From an uncultured Clostridia bacterium (GTDB lineage: Bacteria > Bacillota > Clostridia > HGM11514): a stretch of DNA of 42,555 bases. The notes beneath the pieces are model-generated. The model was given only the letters and a program-made list of their open reading frames with translations, was not told where the DNA came from and ran no database searches. The position numbers and the translations under genes were made by a program. Location: the NCBI GenBank assembly GCA_902478725.1, contig CABSMD010000002.1, positions 1-42,555 on the forward strand. Direction: 5' to 3'. Shown here one piece after another: positions 17,314 through 28,000 of the stretch. Within the stretch, counting starts at the first letter, position 1; each line of letters opens with the position of its first letter.

Positions 17314-18135
17314 ATGGCCAAGACCGTGATACGTTTTCCATCTAGCAGCTCTTTTTCGATAGACTGGAACTGGAGACGCCAATATTATATCGCACGGGAA
17401 CAACCAAGCGTTCCACACATACACGACGCATACGAGGCCTATATCCATGTAAAAGGCGCGGTTTCGTTCATGGCGAACGGATGTGTATATCCGGTGACGG
17501 CCGGGGATGTTATCCTGACTCGCCCGTTGGAACCGCATTTTTGCATCTATCAAACCGATGTGGAACAGGAATATTTTTGTATCTGGATACCGCAGATCGA
17601 GGATTGCGGCCTGCTTTCTCCCTTTTACGGGGTGGTTGAAAAGAATTACATCAGCCTGCCGGAAGCGGAACGGATGGAGCTTTTGTCGCTGTGTTACCGG
17701 ATGGAACGGATCAAAGAGGAGGCCGGCACACAGCTGGAACGGTATTCCCTCCTGCTTCAGCTCCTCGTGCTACTGGGTGGCAGCGGTGAAAAGACGTTCA
17801 CCGCGAATGATGTGCCTTCGCCACTGCGTGGAATTTTGTACTATATTGACCGGAATTTCACCACGATTCGGCGGATACGGGAGATTGCGGAGCATTTTTA
17901 TATCAGCCAGAATACCTTAGACCGCCTGTTTCGGGAACACCTGCACCTGTCGCCCAAGCAGTATATCGAGGCCAAGCGCTTGTCCTATGCCAAACGGCTG
18001 CTGCATGACAAGGAAAAATCGGTGCTGGATTGCAGCCTGGAATGCGGCTTTTCAGATCCTTCCCACTTCATCGCACGGTTCAAAAGCTTTTTTGGGCAAA
18101 CCCCGCTGCAATACAAAAATGCGCTCTATCGATAA
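17314..18135 (+). CDS. AraC-family transcriptional regulator (cupin N-terminus plus C-terminal HTH)
   Basis: 273 aa. Cupin-like segment HIHDAYEAYIHVKG..VTAGDVILTRPLEPH. C-terminal HTH_AraC segment IREIAEHFYISQNTLDRLFREHLHLSPKQYI...CGFSDPSHFIARFKSFFGQTPLQYK. Confidence 0.9.
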   Translation: MAKTVIRFPSSSSFSIDWNWRRQYYIAREQPSVPHIHDAYEAYIHVKGAVSFMANGCVYPVTAGDVILTRPLEPHFCIYQTDVEQEYFCIWIPQIEDCGLLSPFYGVVEKNYISLPEAERMELLSLCYRMERIKEEAGTQLERYSLLLQLLVLLGGSGEKTFTANDVPSPLRGILYYIDRNFTTIRRIREIAEHFYISQNTLDRLFREHLHLSPKQYIEAKRLSYAKRLLHDKEKSVLDCSLECGFSDPSHFIARFKSFFGQTPLQYKNALYR

Positions 18136-18151
18136 AAATTTTCCAAAATCC

Positions 18152-18179
18152 TTGACAAAATGGAAAAGAGTGATACAAT
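18152..18179 (+). promoter_or_regulatory. htpG promoter (extended -10)
   Basis: TTGACA (18152-18157), a 16-nt spacer, then TGATACAAT with the -10 element at 18174-18179. Confidence 0.65.
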
Positions 18180-18183
18180 AATA

Positions 18184-18210
18184 TTAGCACTCACATACGA
18201 AGAGTGCTAA
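18184..18210 (+). promoter_or_regulatory. CIRCE operator (HrcA binding site)
   Basis: A perfect match to the consensus TTAGCACTC-N9-GAGTGCTAA: TTAGCACTC ACATACGAA GAGTGCTAA. It begins 5 nt downstream of the -10 element. Confidence 0.85.
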
Positions 18211-18235
18211 TACGAAATCGGAAAGGATGACCGGC

Positions 18236-20134
18236 ATGGCCAAAAAGAAGTTTAAATCGGAATCCAAGCGGCTGCTGGATTTGATGATCAATTCTATTTA
18301 TACACATAAGGAGATCTTTCTCCGTGAACTGATATCCAACGCCAACGACGCGCTGGACAAGCTGTATTACCTGTCGCTGACCGATGAGAACATCAGCTTT
18401 GACAAAGAAAATTTTTATATCCGCATCGCGGCGGACAAGGAGGCCCGCACCCTTACGGTAACGGATACCGGCATCGGTATGACAAAGGAGGAGCTGGAGG
18501 ACAATCTGGGTACGATTGCCAAAAGCGGTTCGCTGGCCTTTAAGAATGAGAACGAGCTGCGTGACGACGTGGATATCATCGGCCAGTTTGGGGTCGGGTT
18601 CTATTCGTCGTTCATGGTGGCCGATTCCGTGTCGGTGGTCAGCCGCAAGTTCGGGTCGGATGAGGCATTTTTGTGGAAATCCGAAGGGGCGGACGGGTAT
18701 GAGATCACCCCTTGTGAGAAGGAGACGCCGGGCACCGAGATCACCCTGCATATCAAGTCTGACACCGAGGACGACAAATACGGCGAATTTTTGGACGAGT
18801 ACCGCATCCGCAGCCTGGTAAAGAAGTATTCCGATTACATCAAATACCCCATCAAGATGATGGTCACAAAATCCAAGCGCAAGGAGACCCCCGAAGGCGA
18901 CGAGAACAAGGAGCCGGAGTACGAAAGCTACCAGGAGGACGAGACCTTAAACAGCATGGTGCCGATCTGGCGCAAGAACAAAAGCGAGGTCACCGACGAG
19001 GAATACAATACCTTCTATAAAGAAAAGTTTTTTGATTTTGAAGACCCGTTAAAGGTGATCCACACCAGCGCAGACGGGATGCTGAGCTATAAGGCACTGC
19101 TGTTCATTCCGTCCCGCCCGCCGTTTGACTATTACACCAAGGAGTTCCAAAAAGGCCTGCAGCTCTATTCCAACGGCGTGATGATTATGGACAAGTGCGC
19201 CGACCTGCTGCCGGACTATTTCGGGTTTGTCAAGGGCTTGGTGGATTCGGCCGACCTGTCGCTGAACATCTCCCGTGAGATCCTTCAGCACGACCGGCAG
19301 TTAAAGTCGATTGCCTCCCATATTAAGAAAAAGATCAAAAACGAGCTTTCCAACATGCTGGAAAACGACCGCGAGGCATATGAGAAATTTTACGAAAGTT
19401 TTAAGCGTCCCTTAAAGTTCGGCATGTATGACAACTACGGCGCGGAGAAGGACTTTTTGGTCGACCTGATCCTGTTCTACTCCTCCTCGGAGAAGAAGCT
19501 GGTGTCGCTCAAGGAATACGTCAGCCGTATGAAGGAGGATCAGAAGTACATCTACTACGCCTGCGGCGAGACGGTGGAGAAGGTGGACCAGCTGCCCCAG
19601 ACCGAGCTTTTGAAGGACAAAGGCTATGAAATCCTCTATTTCACCGAGGATGTGGATGAGTTTGCCATCAAGGTGCTGATGAAGTATGACGATAAGGAAT
19701 TCAAATCCGTATCCAGCAGCGACCTGAACCTGGAGGATGAGGCCAGCAAAAAAGCGGAAGAGAAAACCAAGGAGGAAAACAAAGACCTCTTTGGGTTCAT
19801 GAAGGAAACCCTGGGCGATAAGGTGGTGGAGGTCAAGCCCTCCGCGCGGCTGAAATCGCATCCGGTTTGCATCTCAAGCGAGGGGGATGTGTCGGTTGAA
19901 ATGGAAAAGGTGCTAAGCGCCATGCCCAATAACGACCAGGTTAAGGCCAAACGGGTGTTGGAGGTCAATACCGGCCACAGCATTTTTGGCACGCTCCAGT
20001 CCCTGTATGAGAACGATAAGGAAAAGCTCAAAAAGTATACCAACGTACTCTATAACTGTGCACTGCTGATGGAGGGGTTGTCGGTGGACGATCCGACCGC
20101 CTTCTCAAACGATACCTGCGACCTGATTTCCTGA
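18236..20134 (+). CDS. htpG: Molecular chaperone HtpG (Hsp90)
   Basis: The N-terminus [38 protein letters not shown] and the GIGMT and GQFGVGFYS motifs identify it. I moved the start to the ATG at 18236, where GGAAAGGA gives good SD spacing. The ORF track starts at 18227. Confidence 0.95.
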   Translation: MAKKKFKSESKRLLDLMINSIYTHKEIFLRELISNANDALDKLYYLSLTDENISFDKENFYIRIAADKEARTLTVTDTGIGMTKEELEDNLGTIAKSGSLAFKNENELRDDVDIIGQFGVGFYSSFMVADSVSVVSRKFGSDEAFLWKSEGADGYEITPCEKETPGTEITLHIKSDTEDDKYGEFLDEYRIRSLVKKYSDYIKYPIKMMVTKSKRKETPEGDENKEPEYESYQEDETLNSMVPIWRKNKSEVTDEEYNTFYKEKFFDFEDPLKVIHTSADGMLSYKALLFIPSRPPFDYYTKEFQKGLQLYSNGVMIMDKCADLLPDYFGFVKGLVDSADLSLNISREILQHDRQLKSIASHIKKKIKNELSNMLENDREAYEKFYESFKRPLKFGMYDNYGAEKDFLVDLILFYSSSEKKLVSLKEYVSRMKEDQKYIYYACGETVEKVDQLPQTELLKDKGYEILYFTEDVDEFAIKVLMKYDDKEFKSVSSSDLNLEDEASKKAEEKTKEENKDLFGFMKETLGDKVVEVKPSARLKSHPVCISSEGDVSVEMEKVLSAMPNNDQVKAKRVLEVNTGHSIFGTLQSLYENDKEKLKKYTNVLYNCALLMEGLSVDDPTAFSNDTCDLIS

Positions 20135-20150
20135 ATTTTATTACATCAAT

Positions 20151-20187
20151 AGACAGACCCCGGCATAAATCTGCCGGGGTCTGTTTT
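20151..20187 (+). terminator. Rho-independent terminator after htpG
   Basis: CAGACCCCGGCA-TAAATC-TGCCGGGGTCTG followed by TTTTG. Confidence 0.85.
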
Positions 20188-20328
20188 GCATTCAAAGGAA
20201 AAATTTGCAAACAAAAAGTTTGTTAGAGAAAAGTTTATATTTGTTTCAGATATGTTCCTTTTGACGGGAATGTGCTACAATCAAATTGAAATGTTGTCGG
20301 AAACAGAGAATAAAGGAGGTTTTGAACA

Positions 20329-22011
20329 ATGAAACGGATCATGAAGGGGACAGCTTTGTTTTTGCTTCTTTGTTTGCTTAGTTTTACATCAGTGACGGCG
20401 TTTGCCGCAAACGGGCAGGTACTTGTGAACTGGCCTATGGAGGGGGATGGGTGGCAGGTGACCTATCTCGGTTTTGCGGGTGAAAATGTCCAGCCGGTTA
20501 CCAACGCGGGACTGATTATGGACAGGAACAGCAACAACACGAAGGGGATCGACGGCACCGCCGCGGCAACCTTCCGGTCGGTGTCCTACCAAGTAAAACA
20601 TCCGCTGATGCTGGTGGATACCAGAACCGGCACCATCAAGCCCAAGGCGGGACATACCTATTTTAAATCGGCCATGATGCGCTTAAACGGAGAGGAATAC
20701 GGCGGTAAGGCACAGGAGCAGACCAAGGAGATCACCACCTTCCGGGAAAAAACGGGAACTGGCTTCCTGGCCAAGGCCGGGGACTTTTCCACAAGACTGG
20801 CTTCTTATGACGCAAGCAAGGACACGATCACCGACGGCTACAACTGGTATAACAGTCCGGACAAGGGGCTTTCCTATACCCTGACGACGGAGTGGCAGAG
20901 GGTGTCCGAGGCGGTTTATTATGACGCGTCCAACCCCGTCAGCGGTGCGGATCGTTCCGGTTGGGCGGTTCTGACCCGACCCGACTGGAGCACTCCCGTG
21001 TGGTCGCGCAACTGGGAGATCGTGGTGGACGACTATGTGTTGCTTGAGGTTCCCAACGACGCGCTCAAATCGGCGGTGTACCCGCTGGTATATGGCGCGG
21101 CGATCGATCAATCGGACGTTGTGCAGGTAGGCGAATCCATCACCGCTTCCTATACCGACGTCTATGACGTCAACCCTCTCGTCACCCCGACGGTCAAATA
21201 CCAGTGGCAGTCTTCCGACGACGGAGAGGCCTGGACGGATATCGACGGTGCAACTGCTTCCAGTTATGCGCCCGGTACGTCGCTTGGCGGTAAGCTGGTA
21301 CGGGCTTCGGCCTATGCCGAGAGCATTCCGGAGGACGAAAATGGGCAGGCGATGGCGGCGGTACAGTCGAGAAGATCTTATTCGGCCGCTGTTACGGTAC
21401 AGGCGCCCACGCCGGCGGAATGCCGTGTGACCGCCTCGGCCGGAGTCGGCGGGACGGTGACGGTAAATGGTGCAGACAGTGTCACGGTGAATGAAGACGA
21501 GACCGTAAACGTCCTCATCACGCCGGACGCGGACTATCAGGTGGATGCAATCACGGTCAACAACCAAGCCTATCCTTATAGTGGAAACTCCTTTACGCTA
21601 ACCGTCACGGCAGATACCACCATCTCGGTTGCGTTTATCAAAAAGTCGGATGTGGCGGGCATCGGTGGCAATCCCACCGTCACAGGCGGTTATGTATTCT
21701 ACCAGAAGGATTACAAGCCGGAGGGCGGGGACAAGGCCTATACCGCAGTAACGGTGTACTATAAAGTAAGCGTACCCGAAGGATGGGATGTGAGCAAGTG
21801 CGGCCTGAAGCTCACCGCGCCGGATGGAACGACCGTCGACCTTTCCGCAGCGAATTGGGGCAGCGACGGCAAATTTGGCATCCGTTTCTTCGGCGACGGC
21901 ATACAGGCGGGCGAGACCTATACCGGCCGCGCCTATGTGCAGTATGAACAGGACGAAACCGAATACGAGCAGGAGGAAGAGGATACCTATCGGATCGAGG
22001 AGGATCAGTAG
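20329..22011 (+). CDS. Secreted non-catalytic protein: CBM-like beta-sandwich, Ig-like repeat, InlB-B-repeat-like module and an uncharacterised C-terminal module
   Basis: 560 aa. Signal peptide ..SFTSVTAFA|AN. The N-terminal ~250 aa are homologous to the N-terminus of the next gene and end in NWEIVVDDYVLLEVP. Ig-like motif: VKYQWQSSDDGEAWTDIDGATASSY. InlB-B-like module: VTASAGVGGTVTVNGADSVTVNEDETVNVLITPDADYQVDAITVNN. The C-terminal module (GSDGKFGIRFFGDGIQAGETYTGRAYV) resembles that of 5597..6835, and an acidic tail follows. Confidence 0.8.
   Translation: MKRIMKGTALFLLLCLLSFTSVTAFAANGQVLVNWPMEGDGWQVTYLGFAGENVQPVTNAGLIMDRNSNNTKGIDGTAAATFRSVSYQVKHPLMLVDTRTGTIKPKAGHTYFKSAMMRLNGEEYGGKAQEQTKEITTFREKTGTGFLAKAGDFSTRLASYDASKDTITDGYNWYNSPDKGLSYTLTTEWQRVSEAVYYDASNPVSGADRSGWAVLTRPDWSTPVWSRNWEIVVDDYVLLEVPNDALKSAVYPLVYGAAIDQSDVVQVGESITASYTDVYDVNPLVTPTVKYQWQSSDDGEAWTDIDGATASSYAPGTSLGGKLVRASAYAESIPEDENGQAMAAVQSRRSYSAAVTVQAPTPAECRVTASAGVGGTVTVNGADSVTVNEDETVNVLITPDADYQVDAITVNNQAYPYSGNSFTLTVTADTTISVAFIKKSDVAGIGGNPTVTGGYVFYQKDYKPEGGDKAYTAVTVYYKVSVPEGWDVSKCGLKLTAPDGTTVDLSAANWGSDGKFGIRFFGDGIQAGETYTGRAYVQYEQDETEYEQEEEDTYRIEEDQ
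20531..20748 (+). repeat. Near-identical 218-nt direct repeat, copy 1 (inside 20329..22011)
   Basis: By my manual alignment it has 3 mismatches in 218 nt against 22293-22510, an offset of 1762 nt. The flanking homologous sequence is visibly far more diverged, with mismatches every few bases by eye. It encodes an identical 72-aa stretch, NNTKGIDGTAAATFRSV...QTKEITTFRE. Confidence 0.85.
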
Positions 22012-22084
22012 GAAGAAATTTCCACTGCCCTTTCAAGATAGAGTATGGTAAGATGAAATCAAACAAACAGGAGGAGAGGAAGCT

Positions 22085-25000
22085 ATGAAAAAAGCATTGA
22101 AACTGACGTTTTCCCTGCTATTGCTGCTGTGTATGGTAGGCAATACCTTAGGCGTTGCCTTCGCGGCGGACGGCGCGGTGCTCGTTGCCTGGGCTATGGA
22201 ACCGGTGGGCGGCGCGGCAGTAACCTATCTCGGCTTCGCAGGAGAGGGTGTCATCCCGGTAAGCGCCGACGGATTGATCGCGGATACGGTCGGCAACAAC
22301 ACAAAGGGGATCGACGGCACCGCCGCGGCAACCTTCCGGTCGGTGTCCTACCAAGTAAAACATCCGCTGATGCTGGTGGATACCAGAACCGGCACCATCA
22401 AGCCCAAGGCGGGACATACCTATTTTAAATCGGCCATGATGCGCTTAAACGGAGAGGAATATGGCGGTAAGGCGCAGGAGCAGACCAAGGAGATCACCAC
22501 CTTCCGGGAACAATCAGGAGCCGGCTTCCTGGCCAAGGCCGGGGACTTTGCCGAAAAGCTTGCTACATATGACGCAAGTAAAGATGCGATCACCGATAAC
22601 TACAACTGGTACAACGATCCGGCAAAGGGGCTGTCCTATACCCTGACCACTGACTGGCAGAGGGTATCCGAAGCAGTCTATTATGACGCGGCCAACCCCG
22701 TCAGCGGCGCGGACCGTTCCGGTTGGACGGTTCTGACCCGACCCGACTGGAGCAGCGAGGTTTGGTCAAGAAACTGGGAGATCGTAGTAGACGATTATAT
22801 CCTGCTTGAGGTACCCAACGACGATCTGCTGGCAACCGTCTACCCGATGGTGTATGGCACGAAGATCGAAAGCAGCGGCAAGCAGACAGGCGATAAGCTG
22901 ACCGCCAGCGCTGCGTTTTATGACGTCAACCCCATGGCGGAACCCGCTTTATCCTACCAGTGGCAGTCCTCCGCCGATGAGAAGAGCTGGAGCGACATCG
23001 ACGGCGCGACCGGCGCAGAATATACCCTGACCGATGCGGATGTAAATCCGGCGACGGCGAAAAGCTTCCGCGTCGCGGCCACGGTAAAGAGCGTCAATTC
23101 CGGCGGGCAGGAGATTACCAAAACCGCTTATTCCCAGCCTTTTGCGGCGTCGGGCGACGCGGTGCTGACGGCTGTGGAATTGAGCAGCACCACTCCCTTT
23201 GTCGGTCAGAGCCTGACCGCAAAGCCAAGCGTTATCCGCGAGGATAAGGTAACCGGTTATGCCTACCAGTGGCAGCGGTCGGATAGTGGATCGGATTATA
23301 CTGACATCGGGGGCGCGACCGGCGAGAGCTATGAAACCACGGCGGAGGATAAAGGCAAATTCATCCGTGCCGGGGTCAGCATCACCACCGCAGAGGGCAC
23401 GTCCGAGATGGTCTATTCCCAGGGCGTCAAGGTGTACGGCGCGGACGATGAGTTTACCTTCTATGTCGATGGCAAATCGGACGGGATCGGCACACTTGAG
23501 TCCCCCTTCTCCACGCTGGAACAGGCGCGCGACGCGGTGCGCAACGCGCGTAAAGGCGGGATGGAAAACCCGGTAACAGTATACCTGCGCGGCGGGGAAT
23601 ATTACCGCGACACCCAGTTTGTTTTGGACGCGAACGATAAAAACGTTACCTTTGCCGCCTACCCAGGCGAAGAGGTGCAGATCACCGGCGGCAAGCACGT
23701 GGAGCAGCAATATATTAAGAAAGTAACAGACGAAACTGTTTTGAACCGCCTGGTGGAGCCGGCTGCGCGCAACCACCTCTATCAGGTTGACCTGTCGGCG
23801 TATTATGATGAAATTCCGGCAGTCAAGGACTGGAGCAGCGGCCTGTGCGGATGGGATGAGACCCCGTTCACCGATCAGGTGCGCATTGTAGTCAACGGCT
23901 CGGCAACCGATATCTCCCGCTGGCCGAACGCGACCGAACGGGAGCTGACCACTACATCCATTAGTGGATCAAAGGGGCAGAGGACGACCGTTACCTATAC
24001 CGATCCCACCAATCGTGCGTCCAAATGGTCGCCTAAGGCGTTCGATCATCTGATGATCAAGGGACATATGGCCTATCACTGGACCTATAACATGCAATAC
24101 ATCAATGACTTTGACGTTGAAAAGCAGAAATTTACTTCTAAAAATCCGACGGGAGAAAATTGGCAGAAGGACGAGGCGTTCTACTTCTATAACCTGTTGG
24201 ATGAGATCGATATGCCGGGCGAAAGCTATATGGACACCGAAAATAAGATTCTCTATTTCTATGGCTACGGCGACATGGAGAATCCCGATGTCATCGCCCC
24301 CATCTCCACCGCACGGTTTATCTCGATCGTGAATTCGCAGAATATCACCTTCCGCGACATTGACTTTGGGTATACCCGCGGCAATGTGGTTGAGGCTTAC
24401 GGCCACAACGGGCTGACCTTTGACGGCTGCGACTGGAAGCACTTTATGCGCCGCAACTATATGTTTGGGGAAAACGGCTTGGTGACCAACTGCTACCTGT
24501 ACGGCGGCGCGGTCAGTATGCTGTGCTGGCAGGACTACAACAAGGGCAACAACATTGAAACGGCGGTTGACGGCATAAGCGCGAACAATGCGGCGGTCAA
24601 TAACCGTTTCAATCTGGGCAATGTGCTTCACTACTACAGCTCGCCGGGCATGACAAGCAACTCAAGCAATGGTTTTGTGGTGCGCAACAACGAATTCTAT
24701 AACTCTCCGGCGATCGCTCTGGGCGTCGGCTGGTCAGGGGATATACTGGTAGAGAAAAACTATATCCATGACAACGTGCAGTGGACGGGCGACATGGGTG
24801 CGATTTACTGGAATCTGAACTCCAGTCTGCTCGGCAATGAGTTCCGTTACAACCTGTTTGAGAACAACGGATCCTCCTATGGGGACGGCTGGTCACAGTC
24901 GATCTTCTGGGACGATATCGCGGCCGGTCCCTGGGTACACCACAACATCTTCAACCGTGGGACGCTTCCGACCAGCGAGGGCGGCACGCGCTACCCTTTA

Positions 25001-28000
25001 AAGGGTTTTGGCGGCAACTTTGCCACGGTGGAGAATAACGTCTTTATTGACGTTCCCTATGGCGCACAGTTCCAAGTTTACTATCCCAACAATGATAAGA
25101 AGCAGACCGGCTGGTGGTTGAGCGTATTTGGCAAGGCGGCTGACGGCATGAACGGTGCGACCTACACCGAAGCAAACTGGAAGGGTGTGAAGGCGCTGAT
25201 TTCAGACTCCAAAAGCGCCGAACGGTATAAGGGTACCCCGTGGGAGAAATTCTTCGATTATGTCAACATCGATATCTATAACAGCGAAGGGATGGCCAAT
25301 CTCGACCGCAACAAGGATAAGGACGCTTTGATGAAGCTGGCCGAGAAATATGCGCCAAGCGAGCAGAACTGGTTTACCAATAACGTCTTAGTCGGTTCGC
25401 TGAGCAATAAGATAGGCTTAGACCCGACCTATCACAACGGTGTTGAGACCAACAGCTACTTTGCCGATATGAGCGAGGCGGACAGCCTGTTCACCGACTA
25501 TGCCGGCGGCGATTTCAGCCTTTCGGCGGCGGGTCTGGCAAAGGTAAAGAGCCAGATTTCCGAATTTGAGAACATTGACACCTCCGACATCGGCCCCCAG
25601 CCCTATGAGCGCGACGGAAAGGCGCAAACCGTGGGCGGCGGCAGGCCGGTGATCAGCAACCCGTCGATCCGTTTGAATGGCGGCTATGCAAGTGTTGACT
25701 ATCGGTTTACCGATCCCGACGGCGACAAGGAAGGCCGCCACATGGTCACCTGGTATGTCTCCGACAAGGCGGACGGCACCTACAAAAAGCTGGGCGCGGG
25801 TAACATGCATAGCCTGCCGGTTTCCGAGGTGGAAGGGAAATATGTCAAATATCAGATTATCCCCTATGACGCAACCGGGCTGGACGGCGAGGCGGTTTGG
25901 TCGCAGGCCATGCTGGCAGAAGGCGGCAGCGGGGCGGATAAAACCGTCCTGTGGGATACGATCGATGAAGCGGAATCCCTCCTAAGCGGCGCCGTTGCCG
26001 GGGACGACGAGGGGCAGTATCCACAAGCCGCGATCGATGCTTTGACAAAAGCGGCGGAGGCCGCGCGCATTGCGGCGAACACGCCCGGCTTGAGCCAATC
26101 CGAGGTCAATGCGGCTGTCATTGCCTTACAGGAGGCGGTCTCTGCTTTCCGAAACGCCCAGGTCAGCCTGCTGGACTACCAGTCATTGAAGCCTTTGCTG
26201 GCGGATACGGCAAACTGGAAGACCGTGGCCGGTGACGCCCCCACCTTCACAGACGGAAGCATGGTTGTTCCCGATGGAAGCTGGGTGAGCTATGCCGGCA
26301 GCAAATACAAAAATAAAATGTTCCATTTCCGCATGAAGCTGGAAAAGGAGAGCGACACAGACGATCTGTCCGGTGCCGTCTTGTTCCGGGTCGGCGATCC
26401 TGAGAGCTTGATTTGGGAGAACCAAAACACCGGCTACCTTCTGTGGCTGAAGGACAGCACACTGGAATACCAGGTCTGGCGCGGAACCTCCTCCGATAAA
26501 AAGGAATTCAAAAATGACTTTATCCGCCCCGACACCGAGCATGAGCTTACGGTGGGCGTATACGACATGGCGGATAACAAGGTCAAATATCTGGTGTACA
26601 TAGACGGCGTCAAGGTCTATGAGGCCGAGGACGAGGCCCTCTACGGCGGGGAAGGATACCTGTGCTTCACCACAAATGGCGCCAAGATGACGATTTCGCC
26701 GGTTGAGGTTGACACGGGCAAGTTGGAGACACAGATTCAGGAGGCCGGCAAGCTGCGTTCCGAAGCGGTTATCGGCAATGGCTATGGCCAGTATCCGAGC
26801 GCCGCGGGGCTGGATGCCGCAATCGCCGCGGCAAACACGGCGCTGACCGACGACAACGCCATACAGAAGGATATCGATCTGGCTGAATCGGATCTGCGCA
26901 GCGCGGTCACCGTGTTCAAAGCAACCATCATCGACAATGAGGACGTAACGAACGATAAAACGATTACGATTAATGATGAGATACCGGCCGCTACCTTCCG
27001 CGTCGCAAGCGGAGTTAGCCTCAAGCTGCAAGTAGACCCGTCGCGGCAGCAGCCAAAGGTTACCACCGAAACGGCGACAAACGCGGGCAAGGTCATGATG
27101 GAAATCCCAAGCGGAACGACCCTTACGGCAAGCGGCTGGAACGGCATTCTCCAAACGCCGTTCTATGGCACGACACCGAGTAAAACCATCCAAAACGCTA
27201 CCATCAGCGGTGTTTACAAGATCGGCGCGGACACTGTCATAAACGCCAGCCGCGCGGTGCGTATCCTACTGCCGGGGCAGGCGGGCAAGACGGTCGCTTA
27301 TCTGGAAGACGGAAAATATACCGTCGTCCGCGACACCCTTTCCGCCGATAACCAGGCAACGGCAGACAGGGAGTTGGCAAACGGTGGGGTCAAAAAGATT
27401 ACCTCCGGGAATGACCTTGTCATCTGGACGACTCAATTGACTGAATTTGTGACCTATACCAAGGCAAGCAATCCGACCGACCCGTCGATTCCGACGCCGA
27501 CATTGCCGAACTATGGCGGCGGAGGAACCTCCGGCGGCGGAAATGGTTCGGGCAGTATGCTTGGGCTGGGTAACAACCAGACTCCGTCTGCGACAGGACG
27601 GTTTAAGGATACCTTGGGCCACTGGGCGCAGAGCGACATCGAGGCAATGGCGGCACGCGGCATTGTGACCGGCGTGACGGCGGACACCTTTGAGCCTGAC
27701 CGCGCCATTACCCGGGCAGAGTTTGCCACCCTGATTGTCAAGGCTCTGAACCTGTCGAGCAATGCCTCCGCCGGTTTCTCGGATGTGGCGGAGGATGGTT
27801 GGTACTATACCTATGTAAACGCCGCGGCGAACGTCGGCATCATCTCCGGTTACGACGGGCAGTTCCGGCCTGACGACCGGATTACCCGTGAAGAGATGGC
27901 GGTCGTCCTGTGTAAGGCTTACGCCTTCCTGGAAAAAAGCGCCGGGCGCGGTGGGATCGATCGGTTCAGCGATAAGGATGCAATATCCGGCTGGGCATAC

